In this document: positions 42,283-52,700 of the stretch, piece after piece
How positions within the stretch are numbered: position 1 is the first letter of the stretch
Layout of the letters: each line of letters begins with the position of its first letter
Origin: an uncultured bacterium
Lineage (GTDB): Bacteria > Verrucomicrobiota > Lentisphaeria > Victivallales > UBA1829
DNA length: 64,000 nucleotides
NCBI GenBank assembly: GCA_902778895.1
Contig: CACYZF010000003.1
Location: forward strand, 3,798-67,797
Direction: 5' to 3'
Translations under genes and position numbers: made by a program
Notes under the pieces: model-generated
Databases searched by the model: none
Told to the model about the DNA's origin: nothing
Seen by the model: only the letters and a program-made list of their open reading frames with translations

Positions 42283-44169
42283 ATGACCGAATACCTGGCG
42301 CATCTGTGCGGCGGGATCCTTCCCGCCGTCCTCGTGGCGCTCGTCTTCGCGGCGGGATTCGCGGGCACCGGATACGGATTCCTGCGCGTCTGCGGCCTCG
42401 GACGCGGCCTGATGCGCGGCCTGACGCTCTGGATGGTCTCCCTCGCCGCCGGATTCGCCGTCTGCGCGTTTTTCTGCGCGGCCGTCCTGATGAGCCTCGG
42501 TACGGGCAGGCTCCCGTGCGCGATCTGCCCCTTTCCGGTCCTCGCCGGGATCGGATGCCTGATCCGATTCAGAAAAGAAGTCTTCCCCTCGTTTTCAGTT
42601 CGGGACCGGATGCCGTTCGCAGTCCTGATCGTCCTCATTCCCCTGCTCTTCCTCTCGATCGGCGCATTCCAGTATCCCGCGAGCTGGGACGAATGCGTGT
42701 ACCAGCTCGCCGTGCCGCAGCGCTGGCTCGCGGACGGACGCGTCCTGCTGTACCGCGATCTGCCGTACTCCGGATTCCCGATGCTCCCCCAGTTCCTGTA
42801 CGTGCCGATGATGAAGTTCGGCGGGCTGGCGGCGGTCAAATTCCTACTGTACGGCGGAGCGGCGTGTTTCTTCGCCTCGCTGACGCTTCTGGCATACGGC
42901 GGCGTCCAGCGCAACCTGATCGGCGCGTGCGTCTTCGCCGGTTCGTTCCTGATCGCGCCGCTGACGGTGCATGTCCTGATCTCCGGCTATGCCGAACCGC
43001 TGATGGGGTCGCTCCTCGCCGCGGGGCTCCTGCTCGCAGACGCCGCGCTGAAAGCGCCCGGAAAACGCTCCGATTCGCCCGGATTCGCGGCCGCATGCGG
43101 CATTCTGGCCGGAGCGATGGCCGCGGTCAAGCTGACCGGAGGATTCGCCGGAGCCGCGCTCCTGCTGTATGTCCTGCTTCGGAAACGTTCCGGACATGTC
43201 CGGTTCACCCTGTTCTTCGCGCTTGCGGGCGCTCTTTTTGCCCTGCTTTTCTATCAGCGCCCATGGATCGCGACGGGAAATCCATGCTATCCGTACCTCG
43301 CCGGTATCTTCGGTGCGCCGGAGGCGATGACGTCGGAATACCATCATCTGCTCGGAACGGAGAAGTTTGCCGGTCGTTCCGTCGTGACGCTGATCCTGCT
43401 TCTGCCGGGGCTGACCTTTCCCGCGCTTTCCAGGATGTTTGACGGGGTGTACGGCCTCCAGACGCTCCTCTGGGCGTTCCTGGTCCTGATCGCGCTCTGG
43501 CGCCGCCCGAAACGCATTTATCCGGCACTCCTGCCGCTGGCGTTCCTCTTCGTGACATGGATGCTGTCTTCGCCGCAGGCGCGGTTCCTGATCCCCGCGC
43601 TGGCATTCCTCGCCCTCATCATGCGTAACACCTTCCCGATCTTCCGCGGACGCGCCGGACGTGTCGTCCTGTGGACCGCCGTCGCGTTCTCCGTGTTCTC
43701 CTTCCCGCCGCCCGTGATCTCCAGCTATGGCGCGAATCTTCGCGCGACGGCCTCGGGCGGGGATGGACGGCGCGACGTCCTGTACGGACGCACCGGGGAC
43801 AGCATGCTTCCCGCCGTGGATATCCTGCGCAACCGCCTCGCAAAAGGAGAAAAGTGCCTGCTGATCCTTGAGGAACGCACGCTGTACTTCCCGCGCGGAT
43901 GCGAGATCGGCACGCCGTTCTTCCAGGACAAGTATTTCCCCGGCGGCAGGATCCCGGACGCGGACGGCCTGCTGAAGCTGCTGGACGACGGCGGATTCAC
44001 CTGTCTGTACGCGCGGCCGCCGGAGCGAAACCCCGATTATCTGCCGCAGGCCGTGTCTCTTTGGGGGAACAGTCTGCAGGCATCTCTGGATGCTCTGGTA
44101 AAACGCGGCTCGCTCGGGCGCGAACCGATGCCCGGCGGCGCGGAATTATATACCCGGATCCGCCGCTGA
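42283..44169 (+). CDS. large polytopic membrane protein with C-terminal soluble domain (GT-C/ArnT-like glycosyltransferase suspected)
   Basis: 628 aa, at least 12 TM helices. First periplasmic loop PASWDECVYQLAVPQRW has a DExxY-like motif as in GT-C enzymes. ~170 aa hydrophilic C-terminus. Confidence 0.6.
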   Translation: MTEYLAHLCGGILPAVLVALVFAAGFAGTGYGFLRVCGLGRGLMRGLTLWMVSLAAGFAVCAFFCAAVLMSLGTGRLPCAICPFPVLAGIGCLIRFRKEVFPSFSVRDRMPFAVLIVLIPLLFLSIGAFQYPASWDECVYQLAVPQRWLADGRVLLYRDLPYSGFPMLPQFLYVPMMKFGGLAAVKFLLYGGAACFFASLTLLAYGGVQRNLIGACVFAGSFLIAPLTVHVLISGYAEPLMGSLLAAGLLLADAALKAPGKRSDSPGFAAACGILAGAMAAVKLTGGFAGAALLLYVLLRKRSGHVRFTLFFALAGALFALLFYQRPWIATGNPCYPYLAGIFGAPEAMTSEYHHLLGTEKFAGRSVVTLILLLPGLTFPALSRMFDGVYGLQTLLWAFLVLIALWRRPKRIYPALLPLAFLFVTWMLSSPQARFLIPALAFLALIMRNTFPIFRGRAGRVVLWTAVAFSVFSFPPPVISSYGANLRATASGGDGRRDVLYGRTGDSMLPAVDILRNRLAKGEKCLLILEERTLYFPRGCEIGTPFFQDKYFPGGRIPDADGLLKLLDDGGFTCLYARPPERNPDYLPQAVSLWGNSLQASLDALVKRGSLGREPMPGGAELYTRIRR

Positions 44170-44200
44170 CCCTCTCGTTTTTTCCTTGATTCGCCGTTCG

Positions 44201-45616
44201 TTACGTCGGACGAGAGCTCTTCGCGCACTTGCAGGAACGCCCCAGTCCGACGGGATGCTTCGCGCCGACATCGGTGCGCTTGCCCTTCAGACGGGCGCGG
44301 ATTTCGTACACGTAGTAGACCAGCAGCATCACGCCGGTGATCGTCCAGGTGATGCCGGATGCGAAACACGCGCCGGTGTAGCCGAACCATTTTGCAAGGA
44401 AAAGCGCAGTAAAAATACGGCTGACCGTCTCCATGGCGCCGCCGAGCAGCGGCACCAGCGAACACCCCATGCCCTGAAGCGTGTTGCGGAAGATCAGGAT
44501 CATGCCGAGCGAGATGTACGCGGGCGCGACCGTGAAGATGTACTGGCGGCCCGCCTTCAGGATTTCCGGCGACGCCTCGATGTCCAGGAACATCTGGAGC
44601 AGCTGCGCGCTGAACACCATCATCAGGATCGCTCCGACCACGGAAATGACCGCAGTGATCAGCCAGCCGCTGCGCACGCCGACCAGGATGCGCCGGTAGT
44701 TGTTCGCGCCGCTGTTCTGCGCCGTATACGCCGCCAGCGTCGTGCCGATCGCGAAGAACGGGATGCAGATCAGGCCCTCGAGGCGTCCCGCGGCGGTCGT
44801 CGCCGCCACCGTGCCCGATCCGAACTGGTTGAACGCGCTTTGAAGGATCACGCAGCCGAGCCCGGTCACGGAGAACTGGAGCGCCATCGGAACCGCAACG
44901 CGAAGATGTTCCCAGTAGAACCGCCAGTCGATGCGCCAGTCGGAACGGCCCGCGGGCAGGAGCTCCGGGAATCTCTTCAGGATGATCCCGAGGCATATCA
45001 CGCCGGAGATGAACTGTGAGAAGACGGTTGCGTACGCCGCGCCCGCCACGTCCAGGTTGAACTTGCAGACCAGCAGCAGGTCCAGGGCGGCATTCAGGAA
45101 CGACGAGAACACGATCACGTACAGCGGGCGCTTGCTGTCGCCCAGCGAGCGCATCAGGAACGACATCAGCAGATAGAACGTCATGGACGGCGTGCCCGCC
45201 ACGATGATCCGCAGGTACTTCAACGAATCCTCCAGAATATTGTCCGGCGTCTTCATCGCGACCAGGATCGGCCGCAGGAACGCCAGAAACACCAGCGTGA
45301 CCGCCGCCACCAGCGCGGAACACAGCACGATCGACGCGCAGAACGAACGCCGCACGCCGGGCGCGTCCTTCGCGCCGAACCTCTGTCCCGTGATGATCGT
45401 GAACCCGGCGGGAAGTCCCCAGAAGAACCCGAGCAGCATGAAGATGACCGATCCGGCATTGCCGACCGCGGCGAGCTTGTCCGGTCCGCACCAGCGCCCC
45501 ACGATCATCAGGTCGACCATGGTGTACAGCTGGTTGCAGGCGTTTCCGATCGCCAGCGGGATCGAAAAGAGCAGAATGATTTTCAGGGGATTTCCCCTCG
45601 TCAGATCTTTGGCCAC
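44201..45616 (-). CDS. MATE family efflux transporter
   Basis: 471 aa. MAKDLTRGNPLKIILLFSIPLAIGNACNQLYTMVDLMIVGR is a typical MATE N-terminus. 12 TM helices. The overlapping 44037-45734 ORF is in another frame and is Arg-rich junk. Confidence 0.9.
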   Translation of the reverse strand: MAKDLTRGNPLKIILLFSIPLAIGNACNQLYTMVDLMIVGRWCGPDKLAAVGNAGSVIFMLLGFFWGLPAGFTIITGQRFGAKDAPGVRRSFCASIVLCSALVAAVTLVFLAFLRPILVAMKTPDNILEDSLKYLRIIVAGTPSMTFYLLMSFLMRSLGDSKRPLYVIVFSSFLNAALDLLLVCKFNLDVAGAAYATVFSQFISGVICLGIILKRFPELLPAGRSDWRIDWRFYWEHLRVAVPMALQFSVTGLGCVILQSAFNQFGSGTVAATTAAGRLEGLICIPFFAIGTTLAAYTAQNSGANNYRRILVGVRSGWLITAVISVVGAILMMVFSAQLLQMFLDIEASPEILKAGRQYIFTVAPAYISLGMILIFRNTLQGMGCSLVPLLGGAMETVSRIFTALFLAKWFGYTGACFASGITWTITGVMLLVYYVYEIRARLKGKRTDVGAKHPVGLGRSCKCAKSSRPT

Positions 45617-45790
45617 AAAAAAGCCCCCTCGTCTTGCTTTTATAAAGGGTAAATATTAATATACAGGCGGTTTCAACGTTTTTCAACTGCAAAATGCAAA
45701 CAAGTCCGCAAAAGTCCCGGCCCCGGGCCGACATCCCGCCGCCCCATGATTTTTGCTATTATCCTTTCGCACTCAAAAAGTTTCGCATAT

Positions 45791-45818
45791 TTGAAAATGC
45801 CGGAATCCGCGGTATATT
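45791..45818 (+). promoter_or_regulatory. putative promoter of the secretin pair
   Basis: TTGAAA (45791-45796), 16 nt spacer, TATATT (45813-45818). The inverted repeat CTCTAT-TGCATTG-ATAGAG and RBS AAGGAGG lie downstream. Confidence 0.45.
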
Positions 45819-45925
45819 ATCGGCATGCGGTTTTTCATCAAAATCCATCCGCACAACCATCAAAAAAGCAAAAAGGGACTTCTCTATTGCATTGATAGAG
45901 TTGACCGAACCAAAAGGAGGGTACT

Positions 45926-47404
45926 ATGCTCAAACTCGCCCGGTGCATCCCGCTGTTCGCGTTCGCCGTTCTGCCTCCGGCTCTGTCCGGACAGACCGCG
46001 TCCGGCGGCGCGGACGACGCCTCGACCCAGACTCTGCGTTTCGTGCAGGACGACGCCCAGGACTACATGGTGTCGAAGATCTACCGCCTGAAATACATCC
46101 AGGCTAACGACATCACGCCGTTCGTGATGGGGATCGTGATGCGCTACAACATGAACTCCACCGTGAACTGCGTGGAGTACGGCGCGGACAACGCCCAGAT
46201 GCTCACCGTGACGTGTCCCGTCGAAATGATGCCGTACGTGGACGACTTCATCGCGAAAGCCGACCGGAACGTCCTCATCGACGGCAAGGTCCCCGGCGAC
46301 ATCGTGAAGGGGACGGGCATCACGCGTGCCGTCTACCGTCCGAAATACCGGTCCGGGCAGGCGCTGCTGAACGTGCTGGTCGATTCGCAGATCGGCGAAG
46401 GCGTGTACAGCAGCGTGTACGCCTGGGACCGCAACTCCAACCAGATCTACTGGAAGGACAACAGTTCGAACACGCAGTACGTATACCAGTTCCTCGGCTA
46501 CCTGGACCGTCCTGCGCCGCAGATCACGCTCACGTTCCAGCTCTACGAGGTCCGCGAAAGTACGTTCCGCGACCTCGGGATCGAGTATCTGGCGTGGAAA
46601 AACGGCCCCGGCATGAACATCTTTCAGGTCGGATTCGACGTCATCAACGTGACGTCCGCCGGAACCGCCGCGCTCAACACCATCACCGGACCGGTCGGCG
46701 GATTCCTCGCCGCGCCGCAGTTCGACGCGAGCTTCATCCGTCTCCTCGCCCAGCGCGGCGACGCGAAGGTCACGGACACCGCCTCGCTGACCGTGGCGAA
46801 CTCCGACACGGAGAGCTATTCGCTCCAGTTCAATCCGCAACTCCAGAACATCGTGAAAAGCGACAACGACGCCATGAGCGTGGTCGGCGACCAGCTTAAT
46901 CTGCCGCCCGGATTCTCGCAGGTCTTCCTGCAGGTGAACAGCCCCCTCGTCAACCTCCATTACGGCGAATCCCAGGCGGGATACCCGGCGAGCGAGGCGT
47001 TCTCCGTGAACAACTATGAACCGGGGACGTATACGGACATGAACGGTACGCTGTTCTTCGGCTACACCGTGCAGGCCGCGAACACGGTCGAACGCGCGGG
47101 CGACGGCACGGAACTGATCGAAACGAGCGAGGTCTCCAGCGACGCCCTGATCCCGCTCAACGAGGAGGTCGTGCTCGGCCAGTGGGACAAGGAGCAGGAC
47201 GTGGAGCAGACGATCGGCATCCCGTGGCTGTGCCGCATCCCGTACCTCAAATACATCTTCAGCACCGTCACGACCAACCGCGAGACGACCCGCGTGTACC
47301 TCACCGTGACCGCGCGGATGCTGGACAGCGCGAGCCCGCAGACGCTCGATTTCGAAACCGGCGAACTGAAGAAAGTCGAAAAAGCGGAAGGAACCGTACA
47401 ATGA
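45926..47404 (+). CDS. secretin-family outer-membrane channel protein, paralog A
   Basis: 492 aa. Signal peptide. N-domain-like KIYRLKYIQANDITPFV. Secretin core begins at QITLTFQLYEVRESTFRDLGIEY. C-terminal signature GIPWLCRIPYLKYIFSTVTTNRETTRVYLTVTARM. Confidence 0.8.
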   Translation: MLKLARCIPLFAFAVLPPALSGQTASGGADDASTQTLRFVQDDAQDYMVSKIYRLKYIQANDITPFVMGIVMRYNMNSTVNCVEYGADNAQMLTVTCPVEMMPYVDDFIAKADRNVLIDGKVPGDIVKGTGITRAVYRPKYRSGQALLNVLVDSQIGEGVYSSVYAWDRNSNQIYWKDNSSNTQYVYQFLGYLDRPAPQITLTFQLYEVRESTFRDLGIEYLAWKNGPGMNIFQVGFDVINVTSAGTAALNTITGPVGGFLAAPQFDASFIRLLAQRGDAKVTDTASLTVANSDTESYSLQFNPQLQNIVKSDNDAMSVVGDQLNLPPGFSQVFLQVNSPLVNLHYGESQAGYPASEAFSVNNYEPGTYTDMNGTLFFGYTVQAANTVERAGDGTELIETSEVSSDALIPLNEEVVLGQWDKEQDVEQTIGIPWLCRIPYLKYIFSTVTTNRETTRVYLTVTARMLDSASPQTLDFETGELKKVEKAEGTVQ

Positions 47405-49179
47405 AGCAAATCAACCTCATTTCCATCGTTGCGGCGGGTATTGTGAGCCTGCTGAATCCGAACATGCGCGCCGCCGACCTGCCCGGCGTCCCGCGCGACT
47501 CCAATTTCAACAACACCGGCGGCTACGACGCCACGCGGATCGTCGCCCGCCTGAACGTGAACGTGGACCCGGGGACGAAGGTCGTGCATTTCATCCGGGA
47601 CAACAACGACCCGCGCGTGGTCACGAAGACCTATCTGCTCCGGCACGTCGACCCGTACGAGTTCCGCGACTATCTGCGCCAGATGGTCCAGACGAAGCGC
47701 GTCGGCAACACCATGCTCCAGCAGCAGTACCCGTCGAACACCGCCGCGCCGCCGTTCCTCGCCACGGAAAGCTCCGTCGAGCTCGGCTCCGCCAACGCCC
47801 AGCCCGGCTACACGCCGCCCGTCCAGCTCGGCAGCAACACCGCCGTCGAGTGCCTGAAGTATGCCGACGGAACCGGGCTGCTCATCGTCAGCGCCGAAGA
47901 GTACCGGTTCAGCGACAACGAGAACGGCATCGGCATCGACACGCTGGTTGCCACGCTCGACGACCCGGCACTCGGCGCGCTGAACTACGGCTATCAGATG
48001 TACATCTACATGCCGAAATTCGTGCCCGCGCGCAACCTGATGCCGCTCATCGAAAACGTCGGCATGAACATCAACGACGCGTCGGAGGTGTGGCAGGGCA
48101 TGGACCTGGTCGCGTACGACCCGGATCTGAACTGGCTCATCTTCGACGTCTGCAACTACTCCTGCGACAACATCGCGCACATGCTCGCCAAGTTCGACGT
48201 CCCGGTCCCGCAGGTCCGCCTGAAGATCAAGGTCTACGAGCTCGACACCGAGAACGACGACCGCATCGGCATCGACTTCCAGGGCTGGAAGAACAACGAG
48301 GGCGCGGACTTCTTCTCCGTCGGCGGACGCTACCGCAACAACTGGTCGTCCGTGTACAGCGGCGGCGTCGGCCCGGTCTCCGCCTACGGCTCCGAGCGCA
48401 CCAGCTACTTCAACTTCAACCCGAAGTGGAACACACGCTACATCGACTTCCTGGAATCGCGCGGCAAGGCGAAGGTCCTGCACACCGGCGAACTCTGCAT
48501 CCGCAACGCCGCCGAGGGTGCCACGTTCGCGCGTACCACGCAGCTGCTCTACTCCGACGACTCCGCGGCCGTCTCGAAGGCGCAGGCCACGCCCGACATG
48601 GGCGTCGGCCCGTATCAGCTGCTTTCGCAGATCATCAACAAGGTATTCGACAAGGGCGATCCGCTCCCCGTCGGCAAGGGCGAGGCGCAGGAGATCAAGG
48701 CGTTCACGGGATTCGGGTTCACCATGACCGTGAACAACGTCTCCGTCAACCTCGAGGAAACGCGTTTCGACGTCACGCTCTCCAACACCAGCCTGCTTGG
48801 GTTCCAGTCCAACGGCGCGCCGCGCGTTTCGAACGGCGGCGTGGTGAAGCAGGTCGTCAGCCTGCCGCACGGCAAGGACACGTTCGTGATCGGCGGCCTC
48901 ACGAAACAGGAAGAGGTCGAATCGCGCACGGGCGTGCCGTGGCTTATGGACATCCCCGTGCTCGGCTATCTCTTCAGCTCGGTCTCGAATTCGGTCAAGC
49001 ACACCGAGCTGGTCGTGATGGCGCAGTGCGAATGGGATTCGCCTGCCGACAAGCCCGACCTCAAGAACACCTCGAAGGCGGAGACGCGCGGCGCGCCCGT
49101 CGCGGCGAAGAAAACCGCCTCGGGGCCCGTCATGCCCGCGCAGAACATCCCGGCGGACGTCCCGCAGCCTCAGATTTGA
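47401..49179 (+). CDS. secretin-family outer-membrane channel protein, paralog B
   Basis: 592 aa from ATG 47401, which overlaps the paralog A stop (ATGA). Signal peptide. KTYLLRHVDPYEFRDYL N-domain. Core VPQVRLKIKVYELDTENDDRIGIDF. C-terminal FVIGGLTKQEEVESRTGVPWLMDIPVLGYLFSSVSNSVKHTELVVM. Confidence 0.85.
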   Translation: MKQINLISIVAAGIVSLLNPNMRAADLPGVPRDSNFNNTGGYDATRIVARLNVNVDPGTKVVHFIRDNNDPRVVTKTYLLRHVDPYEFRDYLRQMVQTKRVGNTMLQQQYPSNTAAPPFLATESSVELGSANAQPGYTPPVQLGSNTAVECLKYADGTGLLIVSAEEYRFSDNENGIGIDTLVATLDDPALGALNYGYQMYIYMPKFVPARNLMPLIENVGMNINDASEVWQGMDLVAYDPDLNWLIFDVCNYSCDNIAHMLAKFDVPVPQVRLKIKVYELDTENDDRIGIDFQGWKNNEGADFFSVGGRYRNNWSSVYSGGVGPVSAYGSERTSYFNFNPKWNTRYIDFLESRGKAKVLHTGELCIRNAAEGATFARTTQLLYSDDSAAVSKAQATPDMGVGPYQLLSQIINKVFDKGDPLPVGKGEAQEIKAFTGFGFTMTVNNVSVNLEETRFDVTLSNTSLLGFQSNGAPRVSNGGVVKQVVSLPHGKDTFVIGGLTKQEEVESRTGVPWLMDIPVLGYLFSSVSNSVKHTELVVMAQCEWDSPADKPDLKNTSKAETRGAPVAAKKTASGPVMPAQNIPADVPQPQI

Positions 49180-49199
49180 ACTCGGAAAGGAGTTGAACG

Positions 49200-49649
49200 A
49201 TGAAACAGCTCATCTATGCAATCCTCTGTTTTCTCTGCCTGTTTTCCCTCGCCGCGTGCGTAGTGGTCGAGAAGGACGATTTCGAGGACGTCGACGCGGA
49301 CGACGCGATGCTTGTGGAGTCCGTGAACCTCGGAAACAACATCCTGGCGTCGTTCCGCGACGAGGATTTTGCAAAGTTGAGGAAGAACATCCCCGGTCCG
49401 CTTCAGACGAAGATGACCGAAAAGGACTTCAAGACCTCGTGCACGAACTGGCGCGACACGCTCGGCAGGATCAAGGATTACGATTATGTCCTTGAGCTGG
49501 ACACGCCCGCGGTGCGGAACCTGATCTGGCGCGTGGAGTTCGAACGTGACACAACCGACGGGGACAAGGTCGAACAGGACATGCTGTTCCGCCTCGTGAC
49601 CGGGAACGTCGACGATGAAACGTGCGTGCTGTCCTGCGGATTTTTGTAA
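49200..49649 (+). CDS. small lipoprotein, hypothetical (candidate secretin accessory/pilotin)
   Basis: 149 aa. Lipobox LFSLAAC. Acidic N-terminal linker, then a compact ~120 aa domain. Starts 20 nt after secretin B with RBS AAGGAG. Confidence 0.7.
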   Translation: MKQLIYAILCFLCLFSLAACVVVEKDDFEDVDADDAMLVESVNLGNNILASFRDEDFAKLRKNIPGPLQTKMTEKDFKTSCTNWRDTLGRIKDYDYVLELDTPAVRNLIWRVEFERDTTDGDKVEQDMLFRLVTGNVDDETCVLSCGFL

Positions 49650-49710
49650 GCTCAAAACGAACAGAAAGGGCGCGTCGCCCGTGAAAAGGAGACGCGCCCG
49701 GATTTGAGCT
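49649..49710. terminator. nested hairpin between convergent genes (possible bidirectional terminator)
   Basis: Outer stem AGCTCAAA / TTTGAGCT and inner 9-bp stem GGGCGCGTC / GACGCGCCC. The U-tracts are weak. Confidence 0.45.
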
Positions 49711-49725
49711 TGATTTGAATTTGGA

Positions 49726-52700
49726 TCAATTCACCGATGTCAGGTTGATGCGGCTCACGTTGAGACCGTCGGATTTCCAGCGGAGTTCGAGCGTGTGGAA
49801 GCCCTGCTTGAACTCGACCGGATAGGACTTCGTGTCGATCCAGTTCTGATCGCCGCCGGTGGAAGTCGCGTTGAACGTCGCCGCGATCTCGCCGTCGAGG
49901 TACAGCTCGATTGCGAGCTGCGCCAGCGTGTTCGCCTGGCCGCTCGCCACGCGCAGGGAAACCGCGTACTTGCCGTCCTTAGTGCAATGAACCGCATAAC
50001 GCGCCACACTGCCGACCGTGGCATTGAAAATGGCATGGTCCGAGTCCTTTATCGGCACACCGTTTTGACTGCCGCTAAGATCTTTTTGCGAGTCTTTCGT
50101 GCGGAGTCCCTGCGAGAGGAATATTGTGCTTTCGGCCGCCATGATCGACATGAACCCCATAGTCGGGATCTCGATCTTGTCGAGTTCGATGACGCCGACG
50201 GGGCGTCCGTTGCTGACAGCATTGAAGTCGATCGTGTATTCGCGGGCATCCGCGCCGGAGCCGGTGCGGATCATCACGGTCTTAGCGGCGTCGTTCCGCG
50301 TGATCTTCTTTTCGACTCCGGCGGGCGTCGCGACCTCGATCTTCGCGGCTACGAAATCGATGCCGGGGAGATAGTAGTTCGTCACGGCGGGATTGAACCC
50401 GATCTTCTCGCCGTTGACCGTGATGTCGGTCGGGGCGTTCTTGATTTCAACGCCGGACTTGCCTGCGGTCGCGGAAGCGCTTGCGGCGCTCGGAACGTCG
50501 GATTTGGCGTCCGAGCTCACTGCAAACCAGTCTTCGCCGGGCTGGTAGGTGTTTGGGAGATTGTGCGCCTTGCGGAACGTGCGGGAGTTCATCACGTAGT
50601 TCAGCACGTTCTTCGCGCCGCGCTGCATTTCGCCGAGCGTGATGCCCGCCTCGATGCCGTCCGGACGGCCCGCCGCCACCCACTGGTTGTAGGATTCGAG
50701 CAGGGAGTTGTCTTTGCCGCGGGCGGGGCCGTCGCCGGGCATGAGCACGTCCATCTGGGAGCGGACGCGCCACGCGTTGTTTTTGACGTGGAGCGCGTCG
50801 GACGCGCCTTCACGCGCCCACCAGTCGGTCATGAGGGAGCCGGTCCAGCCCCACTGGCCGCGCAGGATGGTGGTGTCGAGGTCGTAGTTGTAGTAGTTCC
50901 AGAAGCTGTTGATCTTGTTGTAGCTGCCCATGATGTTGTAGGGCTTGCCGGCCTTCACGCAGATTTCGAACGCCCGCAGGTAGATTTCGCGGAGGGCGCG
51001 TTCGGAGCAGCGCGAATCGTTGGCGTTGCGGTTGGTCTCCTGGTTGTTCAGCGCGAAGTGCTTCGGCACGGTGGACGCGCCCGCTTTCTGGATGCCGCGT
51101 GTCATGGACGCCGCCATGAGCCCGGTGAGGAGCGGGTCTTCGGAGTAGTACTCGAAGTTGCGTCCGCAGAGCGGGTTGCGGTGGATGTTCATGCCGGGGC
51201 CGAGGATGCAGTCGACGCCATTCATTTCCATCTCCAGGCCGACCTGGTAGTACATCGCCTCGATCAGGTCATTGTTCCAGGTGCAGGCGAGCAGGGAGCC
51301 GATGGGCAGGAGCGAGGCGTTCGCGGAGAGGCGCAGGCCGGAGGGGCCGTCGCAGGTCGCGATGGGCGGGACGCCCTTGTCGCGGACGCTCTGGAGCGTG
51401 CCGCCGAAGACGGAGGCGTTGCCGGCGGGTCCGAGCGGGCTGCCCATGCCGCCGTCGCCGCGGAGGAGCGTTTCGATCTCGGCGGGCGTGAGCTGTGCCA
51501 CGAATTCGTCAAGCGTGTTCTTGCCGTTCTTCACATCGATGAGCTTGATGCCCTTGTCGCCGGTCTCCGGCACGGCCTTCGGGAGGCGTTCCTTCACGCG
51601 GGCGGGGAGGTCGACGTTCGAAACCGGGACGCGTTCCGTGCCGGCGACGAGCTTGCCGCCCTGTTCGACGGCCTTCATGCGGTCGAACGCAACGCTTTCC
51701 GAGGCGATCGCGAGGGCGGGCTCGAGCTGTTCGATCACGGCGAGTTCGCCGAGCTCAACACTGCCGGAATCTTTTGCCGCGCGGCTGCTGTTCCCGACGT
51801 AGAACATGTACTTGCCGGGTTCGAGGACCCATGCGGCCTGATGTCCGGTCGCGCCGCTGTCGTCGAACGAGGCGAAATCTTTCGTCGGGATCGTGAAGGT
51901 GAAACTCTGGGCTTCACCGGGGGCGAGCGCTTTCGTCTTCGCGTATGCCACCAGGACTTTCGCGGGCTTGCCGAGCTTGCCCTGCGGCGCGCCACAGTAA
52001 ACCTGCACGACTTCACGGCCGGAGAACTTCGGGCCCGTGTTCTTCACGGTGGCCTTGACGGTCACTTCTCTCTTCGCGAGGTCGGGGCAGTTCACGGTCA
52101 CGCCGAAGATGTCGAACGTGGTGTAGCTGAGGCCGAATCCGAAGGGATACAGGACCTTTTCCGGGGCGAACGTCTCGAAGTAGCGGTAGCCGACGTAGAT
52201 GTCCTCAGTATAGTTGTTGAAATCGCGGTTGCCGAAGCTCGAGGATGACGGATAGTCCTGATAGGTGTTCGCAATGGCGGACGCGAGCTTGCCGGACGGC
52301 GTTTCCTTTCCGGTCAGCACGTCCACGATCGCGTTGCCGGTCTCCATGCCGCCCTGCCAGACGTACATCAGGGCGTCGATCTTGTAGTCCTTCACCCACG
52401 CCATGTCGATCACGTTGCCGACGTTCAGCAGGACGACGGTCTTCTTGAACGAGCCGGTGATCTCCTTGAGGAGGAACTTTTCCGCGTCGGTGAGGTAGTA
52501 GCTGCCGGGTTCGAGCCTGCATTCGCGGTCTTCGCCCGCGGCGCGCCCGATCACGAGCACGGCGGTGTCGGCGCGCTTGGACGCGGCCTGGATCTGCTCG
52601 GCGGTGATGGGCATTTCGGGGGCGTAGAACGGCCAGTTGCCCCAGCCGCCCGCGCGGAGCGGATTCGCCTGCGCCCACTTCGTGTAGGTGTCGAGGAGTT

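Noticed and set aside
44037-45734. 565 aa minus-strand ORF overlapping the MATE gene in another frame
   Set aside because: An Arg/Gly/Pro-rich off-frame translation. The 44201-45616 frame gives a canonical 12-TM MATE protein.
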